Source of the DNA: Spirochaetia bacterium
Lineage (GTDB): Bacteria; Spirochaetota; Spirochaetia; JABMQR01
Length of the DNA stretch: 62,468 bases
Direction: 5' to 3'
Assembly (NCBI GenBank): GCA_021736525.1
Contig: JAIPFR010000002.1
Span: 1-62,468 of the forward strand
The position numbers and the translations under genes are program-made. A model generated the notes under the pieces. The model was not told the origin of the DNA, ran no database searches, and worked only from the letters and a program-made list of their open reading frames with translations. Shown here in pieces: positions 34,185-44,138 of the stretch (its first letter is position 1; each line of letters opens with the position of its first letter).

Positions 34185-35291
34185 ATGGGTTTGAACTGTG
34201 GTATAGTAGGATTGCCGAATGTCGGAAAATCAACAATTTTCTCTGCGCTTACTTCAGCCCCGGCTGAGGCGGCAAATTATCCCTTCTGCACAATAGATCC
34301 TAATGTCGGTATTGTCAGTGTCCCAGATGAACGTCTTGATCGTATAGTTGAGTTGATCCCGACAAAAAAAGTGGTTCCGGCAATTGTAGAATTTGTAGAT
34401 ATAGCAGGATTGGTAAAAGGAGCCTCAAAAGGGGAGGGGCTGGGAAACAGATTCCTTGCCCATATTCGCGAAGTCGGTATAATAGCTCATGTTGTCCGCT
34501 GCTTTGAAAACGAAGATATTACTCACGTTTCGAATGAAATAAATCCCGCTTCAGACATAGAAACGATCCAGATAGAGCTGTGTCTCGCTGACATGGAAAC
34601 AGTTGATAAAAGACTTTCGAAGCTTGACAAGCTCAGTCGGGCCGGCAAGGAGGGTGCTCTTCAGGCAGCCAAGCTTCTGCCGTTGCTTACCAGCCTGAAA
34701 ACAGCACTGGAAGATGGAAAACCGGCGAGAAGTCTTGCCCTGACTCCCGAACAGCAGCTGCTTATCCGTGACCTTCAGCTGATAACGATGAAACCTCAGA
34801 TATATGTCTGCAATGTAGATGAGGCTGGATTAGCGAAGGGAAACAGCTTTGTGGAAACTGTAATGAAGATAGCAGAGGCCGAGGATTCTCATGCCCTGGT
34901 TTTGTGCGGTCAGCTGGAAGCTGAGATTTCCGCTCTCGAAACAGCTGGGGAACGGTCAGAATTTCTGGCAGAGGCAGGATTGGATGAGTCAGGGCTGAAT
35001 CGGCTCATTCAGACCGCCTATCAGATGCTCGGGTTAAGAACCTTCTTCACTGCCGGCCCCGATGAGGATCGAGCCTGGACTTTTCATGCAGACAGCACTG
35101 CACCGGAGGCTGCTGCTGTGATCCATACCGACTTTCAGAAAGGTTTTATTAAAGCTGAAGTATATCACTGCGACGACCTGTTTGCCTTAGGGTCAGAACT
35201 AAAAGTCAAAGCAGCCGGCAAACTGCGAATTGAAGGCAAGGAATATCTCGTCAAAGACGGCGATATCATGCACTTTCGTTTTAATGTCTGA
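34185..35291 (+). CDS. ychF: redox-regulated ATPase YchF (Obg-like)
   Basis: 368 aa. [24 protein letters not shown] and the C-terminal TGS-like domain [11 protein letters not shown]. Confidence 0.92.
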   Translation: MGLNCGIVGLPNVGKSTIFSALTSAPAEAANYPFCTIDPNVGIVSVPDERLDRIVELIPTKKVVPAIVEFVDIAGLVKGASKGEGLGNRFLAHIREVGIIAHVVRCFENEDITHVSNEINPASDIETIQIELCLADMETVDKRLSKLDKLSRAGKEGALQAAKLLPLLTSLKTALEDGKPARSLALTPEQQLLIRDLQLITMKPQIYVCNVDEAGLAKGNSFVETVMKIAEAEDSHALVLCGQLEAEISALETAGERSEFLAEAGLDESGLNRLIQTAYQMLGLRTFFTAGPDEDRAWTFHADSTAPEAAAVIHTDFQKGFIKAEVYHCDDLFALGSELKVKAAGKLRIEGKEYLVKDGDIMHFRFNV

Positions 35292-35388
35292 TAAAAACAA
35301 ATAAATTGAAGAAATGGGAGAGTCCCGGTCAACTTGCAGCATACCTGAGCGGGGCTGCAGCCACTGAAAGAAAGCTTCCTGTGTCTAT

Positions 35389-37398
35389 TCAGAGCTGATA
35401 CAGATTAAGGATCGATGGAATCATTCTAATGCTTTTCAGTACCTTTTTGAAATCCTCATCATGATCGACTTCCATCGTGAAGCTGCCGGCCAGTCTGCCG
35501 TTTTCTGTCTCCTCAAGTTTACCCTCGATCAGATGTCCCCGATATTTTTTGACAGCTCCCTCAATTTCAGAGAAAAGGTCGGACGTGAGCCGGCTGGTTA
35601 CTCGGAACTGGCGAGTTTTACGCGGGGATGAGGCCTCCCATTCAACTTCTATGCTGCGGTTGGATATTTCTTTTATGTGTTTGAGGTTGGGGCAGTTACG
35701 CTTATGTACGATAATTCCCCGGCCTCGGGATATGTATCCGACAATATCATCGCCCCTTGAAGGATTGCAGCACTGGGCAATGCTGATCATCATATTCTTT
35801 TCATTGCCGATTCGAAAGGCGAGCTTGGATTTGTCCATGACCTGAGTAATAATGGGTTCCTGCTCTTTTTCCAGTCCCCCGGTGAGTTCTTCAGGAGTTT
35901 CTGGGGCAATACTTTGTTTATCAGGCTTCTTTTTAGCAATGATGCTCTTATCTATCAGCAGACTTTCATCATGTTTATTCAGCCAGTTCCGTATTTTCTG
36001 TCTTGCCCGGGTTGTCTGGGCTATTCTCAGCCAATTTATATGGGGGTGGGCATTGGGTGAAGTGAGAATTTCAATTACCTGAGTATTCTTCAGAGGTTGG
36101 CTTAAAGGGATAATTGAACCGTCAGCCTTGGCTCCCACTATATGGCTTCCTACCTCAGTATGAATGTGATAGGCGAAATCAATAGCGGTAGCGTTTGACG
36201 GAAGCTCTATGATATGTCCCTGAGGGGTAAAAACATATATTGAGTCCTTGAGAAGTTCCGATTTCATCTCCTCAAAGAAGCTGTCAGATTCCAGCTCTTT
36301 CTCCCAATTGCGTAATTTGTTGATAAACCCCAGTGTCTCAGAGGGCAGCTTCCCCCCTCCAAACTCCTGTTTGTAGGACCAGTGAGCAGCTATGCCGAAT
36401 TCAGCGGTATAATTCATAGCTTTCGTTCTGATCTGGATTTCCAGAATTCTTCCGTCATAGCTCATTACCGATGTATGCAGGCTCTGGTATTGATTAGCCT
36501 TGGGCATGGCTATATAATCCTTGAAGCGTCCCTCCATTGGCGGCCAAATCTTATGTACCACTCCAAGTATCGTATAGCATTCGTTGGTGGTATTGCAAAG
36601 AATTCGAACACCCATCAAATCATATATCTCATCAAGCTCCTTTTTACGTTTTTTCATTTTCCGATAAATGGAATATATATGCTTTACACGGGTGGAAACG
36701 ATGATGTCAGAAATACCCTCGTTCGCTGAAGATCGATAGATTGCCTTTTCTACGCGTTTCAGAAACTCACTGCGCTCACTTTTTTTGGAGAGCATGAAAT
36801 CCTTGATATGCTGATAGGTCTCCGGATGAAGAGCTTTAAGGGAAAGATCTTCCAACTCCGCTTTCATCCAGGATATTCCCAGTCGATCAGCCATCGGTGC
36901 ATATATATCAAGACATTCAGCAGCGATCCGCTTTCCCTTTTCTTTAGGCAGATAGTTAAGAGTACTCATATTGTGGAGCTTGTCAGCAAGTTTGATTATG
37001 ATGACCCGAATGTCCTTACTCATGGCAAAAAGCATCTTCCGCATGGTTTCTGCAGCCTGCACACTCTTATTCTTAACCTTGAGAATGGAGATCTTTGTTA
37101 CTCCGTCAACCAGCAGAGCGACTGTTTCCCCGAAGCGGGCAGTAATCTCCTCTCGACCGGTAACCGTGTCCTCAAGGGTGTCGTGCAGGAAGCCGGCAAT
37201 GACTGAATCTGCGTCCATGTGCATATCTACAAGGATTTCTGCCACATGGTAGGGATGAATGAAAAAAGGTTCTCCGCTGGCTCGTTTCTGGCTGCGATGC
37301 ATAGTTTCCGCCCAACGGGCTGCATCCATGATGCGTTCCCTGTCAGGCTCAGCGTAGTTATCAAGTTTTTTACTGAAAAGTTCAATTAAATCTTTCAT
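35389..37398 (-). CDS. rel: bifunctional (p)ppGpp synthetase/hydrolase (RelA/SpoT homolog)
   Basis: 669 aa. HD hydrolase (HPYHVAEIL, FLHDTLEDT), synthetase (YQSLHTSV), TGS domain and C-terminal ACT-like domain. Confidence 0.92.
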   Translation of the reverse strand: MKDLIELFSKKLDNYAEPDRERIMDAARWAETMHRSQKRASGEPFFIHPYHVAEILVDMHMDADSVIAGFLHDTLEDTVTGREEITARFGETVALLVDGVTKISILKVKNKSVQAAETMRKMLFAMSKDIRVIIIKLADKLHNMSTLNYLPKEKGKRIAAECLDIYAPMADRLGISWMKAELEDLSLKALHPETYQHIKDFMLSKKSERSEFLKRVEKAIYRSSANEGISDIIVSTRVKHIYSIYRKMKKRKKELDEIYDLMGVRILCNTTNECYTILGVVHKIWPPMEGRFKDYIAMPKANQYQSLHTSVMSYDGRILEIQIRTKAMNYTAEFGIAAHWSYKQEFGGGKLPSETLGFINKLRNWEKELESDSFFEEMKSELLKDSIYVFTPQGHIIELPSNATAIDFAYHIHTEVGSHIVGAKADGSIIPLSQPLKNTQVIEILTSPNAHPHINWLRIAQTTRARQKIRNWLNKHDESLLIDKSIIAKKKPDKQSIAPETPEELTGGLEKEQEPIITQVMDKSKLAFRIGNEKNMMISIAQCCNPSRGDDIVGYISRGRGIIVHKRNCPNLKHIKEISNRSIEVEWEASSPRKTRQFRVTSRLTSDLFSEIEGAVKKYRGHLIEGKLEETENGRLAGSFTMEVDHDEDFKKVLKSIRMIPSILNLYQL

Positions 37399-37422
37399 GT
37401 CTTTTCATTCAGCTCATAGTGC

Positions 37423-38295
37423 TCAGTTTTTTTTCCCTGAAACAACTCGTTCACGGCCTGCAAGGTCACGAAATATGCGAGTTTCAGAAAAACCGGCATT
37501 CATCAGAATCTCTGCAGCTGTTCCTGCCTGTGTGCTTCCGCATTCAAGGATAAGATAGCCCTTTTTTTCAAGTTTAGCAAACCCTTGCTGCGCCAGGCGT
37601 CTTATTACCATGAGGCCGTCAGGTCCTGCTTTCAAGGCTCCGAGCGGCTCATTCCTGCCAACCAGGAGCGGATCAGTGCAGTCTTTATCTGTAAGGTAGG
37701 GCGGGTTTGCAGTTATAAGGGAAAAAGTTCCCGGAACTGCTTCCAGTAAATCAGAATTATATGAGGGCAAGGTCTTGCCAAGAATCTTTTGAGCATTAAT
37801 AGTGCTGACCGCGAGGGCCTCTTTGGAAATATCCCCAAGAGATACGTCGGCATCAGGCAGCTCAGCCTGAACAGATATCCCCACGCAACCGGATCCGCTG
37901 CAGAGATCAAGCACGCTTCTGCCTGGCAGACCGCTGCGATAAATGTTTACAGCTGTTTCAACCAGGAGTTCAGTATCTGGCCGCGGTATCAGGACCCGTT
38001 CATCGACATAAAAGTTGTGTCCGTAAAACTCTTTTTGCTTTAGAAGATACGCTGCAGGTCTGCCTTCTGCCCGGAGGCTGATAAGATTATAGAAACTTTC
38101 TGCAGTGTCTGCAGGGGCAGTTTCCGGAAGAGATGCCAGAATTTTTTCCCGAGTCATACCTGCAGCATGAGCCAGCAGAAGCAGACTGTCGAGATAGGGT
38201 GTTCCAGTAATCCCCGATTCAGAAAGAATTAAACGTGCTTTATGCAGCAATATAGAAAACTGCTCTTTTTCAGCCGGGGGATATGAAGGTTCCAT
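37423..38295 (-). CDS. prmC: peptide chain release factor N5-glutamine methyltransferase
   Basis: 290 aa. SAM motif VLDLCSGSGCVG and catalytic ITANPPYL (NPPY). The start overlaps the prfA stop by 1 nt. Confidence 0.88.
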   Translation of the reverse strand: MEPSYPPAEKEQFSILLHKARLILSESGITGTPYLDSLLLLAHAAGMTREKILASLPETAPADTAESFYNLISLRAEGRPAAYLLKQKEFYGHNFYVDERVLIPRPDTELLVETAVNIYRSGLPGRSVLDLCSGSGCVGISVQAELPDADVSLGDISKEALAVSTINAQKILGKTLPSYNSDLLEAVPGTFSLITANPPYLTDKDCTDPLLVGRNEPLGALKAGPDGLMVIRRLAQQGFAKLEKKGYLILECGSTQAGTAAEILMNAGFSETRIFRDLAGRERVVSGKKN

Positions 38296-39359
38296 CAGCT
38301 GTTTTTTAGAGCTTCTTCGCCGGCATGATATTTGAGAGCATCGATTACTTCATCCATGGCTCCCTGAAGAATAATGTCAAGCTTGTAGAGCGTAAGGTTT
38401 ATGCGGTGGTCGGTTACCCTGTTCTGCGGGTAGTTGTAAGTCCTTATCCGTTCAGAACGGTCGCCGCTGCCAACCTGGCTTTTGCGATTTTCTGCGCGCT
38501 CCCGTTGTTTTTTCTCTTCTTCCATCTCATAAAGCCTTGCCCGAAGAACCCGCAGGGCTTTAGCCCTGTTCTTGATCTGCGACTTTTCATCCTGGCAGAT
38601 AACCACAAGTCCAGTGGGCAGGTGCGTTATGCGAACTGCCGAGTCGGTAGTATTCACGCTTTGGCCCCCGGGACCTGAGGATCGGTAGACATCAATTTTA
38701 AGTTCTTCCTGGTTGATGGTGATGTCTGTTTCCTCAGCTTCCGGAAGGACCGCTACGGTTACTGCCGATGTGTGAATTCGCCCCCCGGACTCGGTTGAAG
38801 GGACACGCTGGACTCGATGTACACCGCTTTCCCAACGCAGGCTGCCATAGACTTCTTTACCCGCGACAGAAAAAATAATTTCCTTCAGTCCTCCGATCCC
38901 GGTTTCATTGAGGGATATAATTTCTATTTTCCAGCGCCGGTCTTCTGCGTAGTGGGAGTACATACGAAAAAGGTCGGCAGCAAAAAGAGCCGCCTCTTCT
39001 CCGCCAGTACCGGCGCGGATTTCCATAATGGTATTTTTCCCATCCATGGGATCGCGCGGAACCAGCAGTTTTTTCAGTTCTATGTCGGATTTTTCCAGTT
39101 TTTCTTCGAGTTCTTCAAGCTCGTCCTTTGCCATTTCCCGCATTTCCGGATCTTTTTCTTCATCAACGAGATGTCTGGCATCGGTTATCCCGCTCGAAAG
39201 CTGCTTGAAGTGTTCAAACTCCGTAACAATAGCCTGCAGGTGAGCGTGTTCCTGCATGATCTCACGGTATCTGTTCATATCCTTCAAGATGTCGGGATCA
39301 GAGAGTTTTTCTTCAAGCTGATGGTACTTCTCAGCAATACCTTCGAGTTTCTTAAGCAT
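38295..39359 (-). CDS. prfA: peptide chain release factor 1
   Basis: ORF 38295..39383. ATG at 39359 follows AGGAG. RF1 tripeptide PST ([14 protein letters not shown]) and the GGQ motif [11 protein letters not shown]. Confidence 0.92.
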   Translation of the reverse strand: MLKKLEGIAEKYHQLEEKLSDPDILKDMNRYREIMQEHAHLQAIVTEFEHFKQLSSGITDARHLVDEEKDPEMREMAKDELEELEEKLEKSDIELKKLLVPRDPMDGKNTIMEIRAGTGGEEAALFAADLFRMYSHYAEDRRWKIEIISLNETGIGGLKEIIFSVAGKEVYGSLRWESGVHRVQRVPSTESGGRIHTSAVTVAVLPEAEETDITINQEELKIDVYRSSGPGGQSVNTTDSAVRITHLPTGLVVICQDEKSQIKNRAKALRVLRARLYEMEEEKKQRERAENRKSQVGSGDRSERIRTYNYPQNRVTDHRINLTLYKLDIILQGAMDEVIDALKYHAGEEALKNS

Positions 39360-39420
39360 GTAATTCTCCTGCCTGCAAGACATAATAAGGTCAGTATTCT
39401 AACCTGAGGGAAGCGTCGTC

Positions 39421-39449
39421 ATTATAGTAAAGCCTGCAGGATAAATCAA
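39421..39449 (-). promoter_or_regulatory. candidate promoter for prfA-prmC(-rel)
   Basis: Minus sense: TTGATT (rc of 39444-39449), 17-nt spacer, TATAAT (rc of 39421-39426). About 55-nt leader to ATG at 39359. Confidence 0.5.
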
Positions 39450-39508
39450 CGGCAGGGTCTGCGGAAAGCCTCCCGGGGCTGCAGAAAAGTCTCCGGAGGT
39501 TATACGAT

Positions 39509-40189
39509 TTATTGTTGCGCTTCTTCTTTCAGCAGTTTTCCAGTTGATCCCGGTTTTATTGTTTTCTCATTGTTCAGCCACCGTACGCCAATGTAGCAGA
39601 GCGGGGTGTCGAGCAGGGCAAAAGCGACTTTAAAAAACCAGTAGGGAATAATGAGACTGAAAATAAAGCCCGCGGTGAATTTAGGGGACACCCGGTAAAA
39701 TGCCAGAAACATGAAAATAGTTGTATCGATAAATTGGCTGAAAATTGTTGACATATTATTTCTCAGCCATAAATGTCTGCCTTTTGTCAGTCTTTTCCAA
39801 AAATCAAATGCAGATACATCAAAACTTTGACTTATAATAAAGGAGACGATGCTCGCGAAAGTCATACGGAGACTGCTGCCGAAAATGAGGGCATACTGTT
39901 CCTGAAGGCCCCACGTTTCATTAGCTGGCATCTTGATACTGATATAGACCATGATGAACATGAAAATGAGAATACCGGATGCTATTCTCACAAAAGATCG
40001 TGCCCGTTCCCGACCATGGACTTCCCCGACTATATCTGTTACCAGAAACAGCAGCGGCATGAAAAATATTCCAACCGAAACACGAACCCCGACAATGGTT
40101 GTAATTTTTGTACCTATGGTATTTACCAGAACCATACTGCCCACAAAGAGGCCAAGCATGATCTCAGTTTTTTGATTTTTAGTAAGCAT
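39509..40189 (-). CDS. yhhQ: queuosine-precursor transporter (YhhQ / VUT family, DUF165)
   Basis: 226 aa with 6 TM helices. FFMPLLFLVTDIVGEVHG and SQFIDTTIFMFLAF are typical of the YhhQ family. Confidence 0.8.
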   Translation of the reverse strand: MLTKNQKTEIMLGLFVGSMVLVNTIGTKITTIVGVRVSVGIFFMPLLFLVTDIVGEVHGRERARSFVRIASGILIFMFIMVYISIKMPANETWGLQEQYALIFGSSLRMTFASIVSFIISQSFDVSAFDFWKRLTKGRHLWLRNNMSTIFSQFIDTTIFMFLAFYRVSPKFTAGFIFSLIIPYWFFKVAFALLDTPLCYIGVRWLNNEKTIKPGSTGKLLKEEAQQ

Positions 40190-40233
40190 GCAGTTTGACT
40201 CCTGAAAATAATCAGATTAGTAAAATGATACAC

Positions 40234-40262
40234 ACAATACTGCAATATCCGGCATTAGTCAA
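40234..40262 (-). promoter_or_regulatory. candidate promoter for yhhQ
   Basis: Minus sense: TTGACT, 17-nt spacer, TATTGT. About 38-nt leader carrying an AGGAG SD. Confidence 0.45.
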
Positions 40263-40316
40263 ATATATAAATACCAGCTGGTGTGATGAGCAGTATGATT
40301 TTCTTGTATATTTTTG

Positions 40317-40344
40317 TTGCAGGTTGTTGCAAATAGGGTATAAT
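40317..40344 (+). promoter_or_regulatory. candidate promoter for arcC
   Basis: TTGCAG (40317-40322), 16-nt spacer, TATAAT (40339-40344). Confidence 0.45.
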
Positions 40345-40393
40345 ACTGAAGGTCGGATATAAGTTCCGCTTATGAATGGAGAAGGAGATGCAT

Positions 40394-41338
40394 ATGCAGC
40401 CTAAAACTATCGTCATTGCAATTGGAGGGAATTCCCTCATTGAAGATCCAAAACATATAACCGTTGAGTCACAGTATTCAGCTGCGAAAAAAACTGCCAG
40501 GCATATCATCGCCCTTGCCGCAGATGGGCACCGTATTATCATTGCTCACGGAAATGGACCCCAAGTGGGTTTCATTTTGAGAAGATCTGAATTTTCCCGT
40601 AAAATTCTTCACACGGTGCCTCTTGATTCCTGTGTGGCGGATACACAGGGAGCTATCGGCTACAATCTGCAGATGGCCATATATAATGAAGCCGCAAAGT
40701 TGGGACTTAGGGTCTCTGCAGCAACTGTGGTCACCCAGGTTGAAGTGGATTCCCAAGACCCCTCGTTTCTCAATCCCACTAAGCCAATTGGAACTTTCAT
40801 GGAAAAGGATGATGCAGAATACCATCGGGATTCTGATGGTTGGCATATTATGGAGGATGCAGGCCGCGGCTACCGACGGGTTGTTCCATCCCCGCTTCCT
40901 GTCAGCATAATCGAGATTGAGACAATTAAGACGCTGGCGGATCAGGGGGTTATGGTTATCGCTGCCGGCGGCGGCGGAATTCCGGTAGTTCGAGAGGCCA
41001 ATGGGCAGCTCAAGGGAACGGAAGCAGTGATTGATAAAGATTTTGCAGCTGCTCTTCTTGCAAAACAGCTGCATGCAGATTTGTTTGTCATATCGACTGC
41101 GGTAGAAAAAGTCTGCATCAATTACGGCAAACCGGATGAAATGCAGCTGAGTCGTCTTACCTGCAGCGAGGCTGAAGCATACAGCCGGGACGGGCAGTTT
41201 GCCCCTGGCAGCATGCTGCCGAAAATTACAGCGATGATTGACTATGTCTCAGCAACCGGGAATGAGGGAATAATAACAGATCCTGCCAATCTCTATAAGG
41301 CTCTGCAGAACGAAGCCGGAACTCATTTAGTCCCGTAA
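40394..41338 (+). CDS. arcC: carbamate kinase
   Basis: ORF 40376..41338. ATG at 40394 lies 6 nt after AAGGAG. IAIGGNSL, AHGNGPQVG and VIAAGGGGIPV. Confidence 0.88.
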   Translation: MQPKTIVIAIGGNSLIEDPKHITVESQYSAAKKTARHIIALAADGHRIIIAHGNGPQVGFILRRSEFSRKILHTVPLDSCVADTQGAIGYNLQMAIYNEAAKLGLRVSAATVVTQVEVDSQDPSFLNPTKPIGTFMEKDDAEYHRDSDGWHIMEDAGRGYRRVVPSPLPVSIIEIETIKTLADQGVMVIAAGGGGIPVVREANGQLKGTEAVIDKDFAAALLAKQLHADLFVISTAVEKVCINYGKPDEMQLSRLTCSEAEAYSRDGQFAPGSMLPKITAMIDYVSATGNEGIITDPANLYKALQNEAGTHLVP

Positions 41339-42619
41339 CTTGTAGCCCCGACGCGGAATTCCCATAATTAAGGCCGCTGGGACTATGAGCATAATTGTAA
41401 GCCAGTTCTGCTGGTGGAAAAAGTGAGGAAACAGGAGTTTTGCGAGAATCAGGCCAATGCCTGTCAGTCCCTGAATGGAAAACAGAATTCTCTGCAGGCG
41501 GATATTGCGTCCCTTTCCCAGAGCTATTCGGACTCCCAATAGACCAGCCCAACCCAGTAAGGGGGAGGCCAGCAGAATATTTTCATTCCAATAGGTAACA
41601 TCATGATCGGTGAAAAGCATCATAAAGAGCAGCCCGAGTCCGAGAATGCCTAAAAACAGTCCGCTCAGGCCGGAATAAAGGCCATAGGCGATCCGCCACC
41701 CTTTTTTACCGGCTCGAGTGTAGCGAAAGTAGAGGAAAAGCCCGATTCCCCCTGCCGTTACGCTCAGTCCCGCTGCCCATGGCCAATGTGCCGGGGGCAG
41801 CAGGGGCGGGTCAGTTCTTTCTGCGGCCGGGTTCAATACCGCGTAACTGCTTACTATAGCTTTCTTTCTACCGTCACTATCGGTATACGAAAAATCAAGC
41901 AATGCTTTTTCCAGTTCTGATGGCAGAAACATATCATCCCAACGTCGTATCGGTTTATCTATAACGCCGCTTTGAAGAAAATTCAGAACCCAGTCCATGA
42001 AAAAGTGGGATCCAGAAAATCTTCTGATATGCTCTCTGTAGGACATCGATCCATCTATGCCTTCAGCCCAAAGTTTGAATTGCCCATCAACGGCCATGTC
42101 TATAGCATCCCGTATGCGGGTTGAACAATTATCGTAATAATGGTGATACAGATAGGTATTGTTTCCTGGCTGAACATTTTCCCTGAGAAACTCGGCTAGC
42201 TTGAAACGGCTCTCAGGCGGGAGATCAAGCACTGCAATCGATACACTGCGTTTTTCACGTTCAGCAAGCTGAATGCGAAACCATGCGGGAGATGCCGCAA
42301 CCCCGTATATGAGTCGGCCCATGGCAAAGTTCCTGTAAAAATTATCCTGTGCAAAATCGAATATACCGTAGTCATATAAAGTTTCCGAATCACGTAAAGC
42401 ATCTTCTACAATTAAAGCCGTGTGTCCGTACCAAAGGTAAACCGGGTCTCCCGGTCCGATAGTCAGTAATTTAATGGTAAGATGGTTTCCCTGCTCCCTG
42501 GCAAGGTCAATATCCCGAGTGCTGTCAGCAGCTGCCGGGAATCCCGTCAGAAAAACAAGCAGTACAGCAAGCTGAAACGTAAGTCGCATGAATCGATTTT
42601 TTCCCATGGATGGTATCAT
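41327..42619 (-). CDS. DUF4105 (Lnb N-terminal periplasmic domain) membrane protein
   Basis: 430 aa. Signal sequence, LWYGHTALIVED motif, and a C-terminal region of 4-5 TM helices. The 3' end overlaps arcC by 12 nt (convergent). Confidence 0.65.
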   Translation of the reverse strand: MIPSMGKNRFMRLTFQLAVLLVFLTGFPAAADSTRDIDLAREQGNHLTIKLLTIGPGDPVYLWYGHTALIVEDALRDSETLYDYGIFDFAQDNFYRNFAMGRLIYGVAASPAWFRIQLAEREKRSVSIAVLDLPPESRFKLAEFLRENVQPGNNTYLYHHYYDNCSTRIRDAIDMAVDGQFKLWAEGIDGSMSYREHIRRFSGSHFFMDWVLNFLQSGVIDKPIRRWDDMFLPSELEKALLDFSYTDSDGRKKAIVSSYAVLNPAAERTDPPLLPPAHWPWAAGLSVTAGGIGLFLYFRYTRAGKKGWRIAYGLYSGLSGLFLGILGLGLLFMMLFTDHDVTYWNENILLASPLLGWAGLLGVRIALGKGRNIRLQRILFSIQGLTGIGLILAKLLFPHFFHQQNWLTIMLIVPAALIMGIPRRGYKLRD

Positions 42620-42744
42620 ATCATAGTGCAGAAAATGGTGCTACAAGAAAAATGCGGCAGCATATGACAGTTGACAACCTGACCTTGCGGCGATAGGATT
42701 TTCTGCGTCAGGCAACTGAACGCGACTGGTATAAGGAGCTTATT

Positions 42745-43563
42745 ATTCAGCGAAATATACAAACCCCGGCAGTAATTCTAGCAACGAGAAGAATGGGAGA
42801 AATTCACCGGAACGTAACCTTGCTTTCACCTGAAATCGGGCTTGTTCAGGCAGCTGCTTTCGGGGCGAGAAAAGGTAAAAGTCGCCTCTCGGGGTGGGTA
42901 GAGCCTTTTGTTTCGGGTAACTTTTATCTCTATCACAACCCGGTAAATAACAGCTATAAAATTACCGACATCGACTCGGCAGTTTTCAGGGAATATCTCA
43001 GAGAGGATATGTATGCTCAGTATCTTGCGGCATTCTGGGCGGAAATAATTATTCAGACCTATAGCGGCGGTGGTGAATATAAGGGATTATATGTATTACT
43101 CGAAGAAGCTCTCAATGTGCTTGGAGAAATCATGGATCCTGAAGCTGTGCTGAAGAAGGGAGAGCTGAAGATGCCGGGGCGGAGGCCCTCAGCATATGAA
43201 AACCGGGATGTTCCACCCTATTTGCTGATACAGACAATCTGGCGTTTTCTTGATGTGATCGGCTACCTGCCGGACTTGGACATATGCAGCAGCTGCGGAC
43301 GTTCCCTCGATTATCCCGGATCAATATTTCTGGAAAATGATTCCCTTAATTTTAATTGTGTCAACTGTTGTCCGAGATCGACGATGGAACTCTCACAGGG
43401 GGCAAGAAAATATCTGAAGCATACACTTTCGGTTCTCCTGATGGACGCTATGAGTGTGAAATTAGTACCGGCAGCCCTTGCTTCGCTCCGTAGTCTTTCT
43501 ATCTTCCTGATAACTCAGGTAGTTGATAAACCCCTGAAAACGCTGCAAGGGGGTATTCTGTGA
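42745..43563 (+). CDS. recO: DNA repair protein RecO; probable non-canonical (ATT) start, first ATG at 42793 is internal
   Basis: The track ORF 42793..43563 starts inside the OB fold. The upstream in-frame sequence IIQRNIQTPAVILATRR aligns with E. coli RecO [17 protein letters not shown] lies at 42733-42738, 6 nt before ATT at 42745. A C-terminal CxxC...CxxC zinc motif is present. Confidence 0.75.
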   Translation: MQRNIQTPAVILATRRMGEIHRNVTLLSPEIGLVQAAAFGARKGKSRLSGWVEPFVSGNFYLYHNPVNNSYKITDIDSAVFREYLREDMYAQYLAAFWAEIIIQTYSGGGEYKGLYVLLEEALNVLGEIMDPEAVLKKGELKMPGRRPSAYENRDVPPYLLIQTIWRFLDVIGYLPDLDICSSCGRSLDYPGSIFLENDSLNFNCVNCCPRSTMELSQGARKYLKHTLSVLLMDAMSVKLVPAALASLRSLSIFLITQVVDKPLKTLQGGIL

Positions 43564-44138
43564 GGGTCTTTATCGCAATACCTGTTCCTGCAGAAGCTGC
43601 ATCTGCCCTTCGAGAGGCAGCAGCTCCTGTTTCTGCAAAGCTTCCTTTGCGGCTGCTTCCTGCAGTGAACCTCCACCTGACACTGATTTTCCTTGGGGAA
43701 CAAAACAAGACGCAAGTCGAGCAGTTAGCGCAGTTCATGAAAAAAGTATCTGTTTCAGCTGCTCTAAGAAAAGCAATTCCTCCGCTGATAGGGCTGGATC
43801 GTTTTGCGGTTTATCCCCGGGGAAGTGCTCCTCCCCGGGTTCTTGCTGCAGAGGCAGCTGCCGGCAGGGAACAGCTTGGACTGCTGCACAGAATCCTGAT
43901 CGAAGGAATACCAGCTTCATTCAGCGGGAAACAAAGCAGCGGACAGCTGTTCCGGCCTCACATAACCCTTGCGCGATGGACCAGGAAAGCGGGATTCGGA
44001 ATCGAGTCGTCACCGGTACTCGTCAGGCATTCCGTGGGGATCTCGTTTAAACCCCGGCACCTTGTTCTGTACCGTTCGCAATTGTCTCGTGAGGGTGCTT
44101 CCTACGATCCCCTTTTTGCTGTAGAGTTAATTCCATGA
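43560..44138 (+). CDS. thpR: RNA 2',3'-cyclic phosphodiesterase (2H phosphoesterase, ThpR/LigT)
   Basis: 192 aa. GTG start overlaps the recO stop (GTGA). Two HxT/S motifs, HLTLIFLG and HITLARW. N-terminus VRVFIAIPVP is typical of the family. Confidence 0.82.
   Translation: MRVFIAIPVPAEAASALREAAAPVSAKLPLRLLPAVNLHLTLIFLGEQNKTQVEQLAQFMKKVSVSAALRKAIPPLIGLDRFAVYPRGSAPPRVLAAEAAAGREQLGLLHRILIEGIPASFSGKQSSGQLFRPHITLARWTRKAGFGIESSPVLVRHSVGISFKPRHLVLYRSQLSREGASYDPLFAVELIP

Noticed and set aside
40190-40393. Possible preQ1 riboswitch upstream of yhhQ; YhhQ-family genes are often preQ1-regulated.
   Set aside because: The predicted leader is only ~38 nt. It lacks the short stem plus A-rich tail (CCC...UAAAAAACUA-like) of preQ1-I. 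A covariance-model scan would be needed to exclude it fully.
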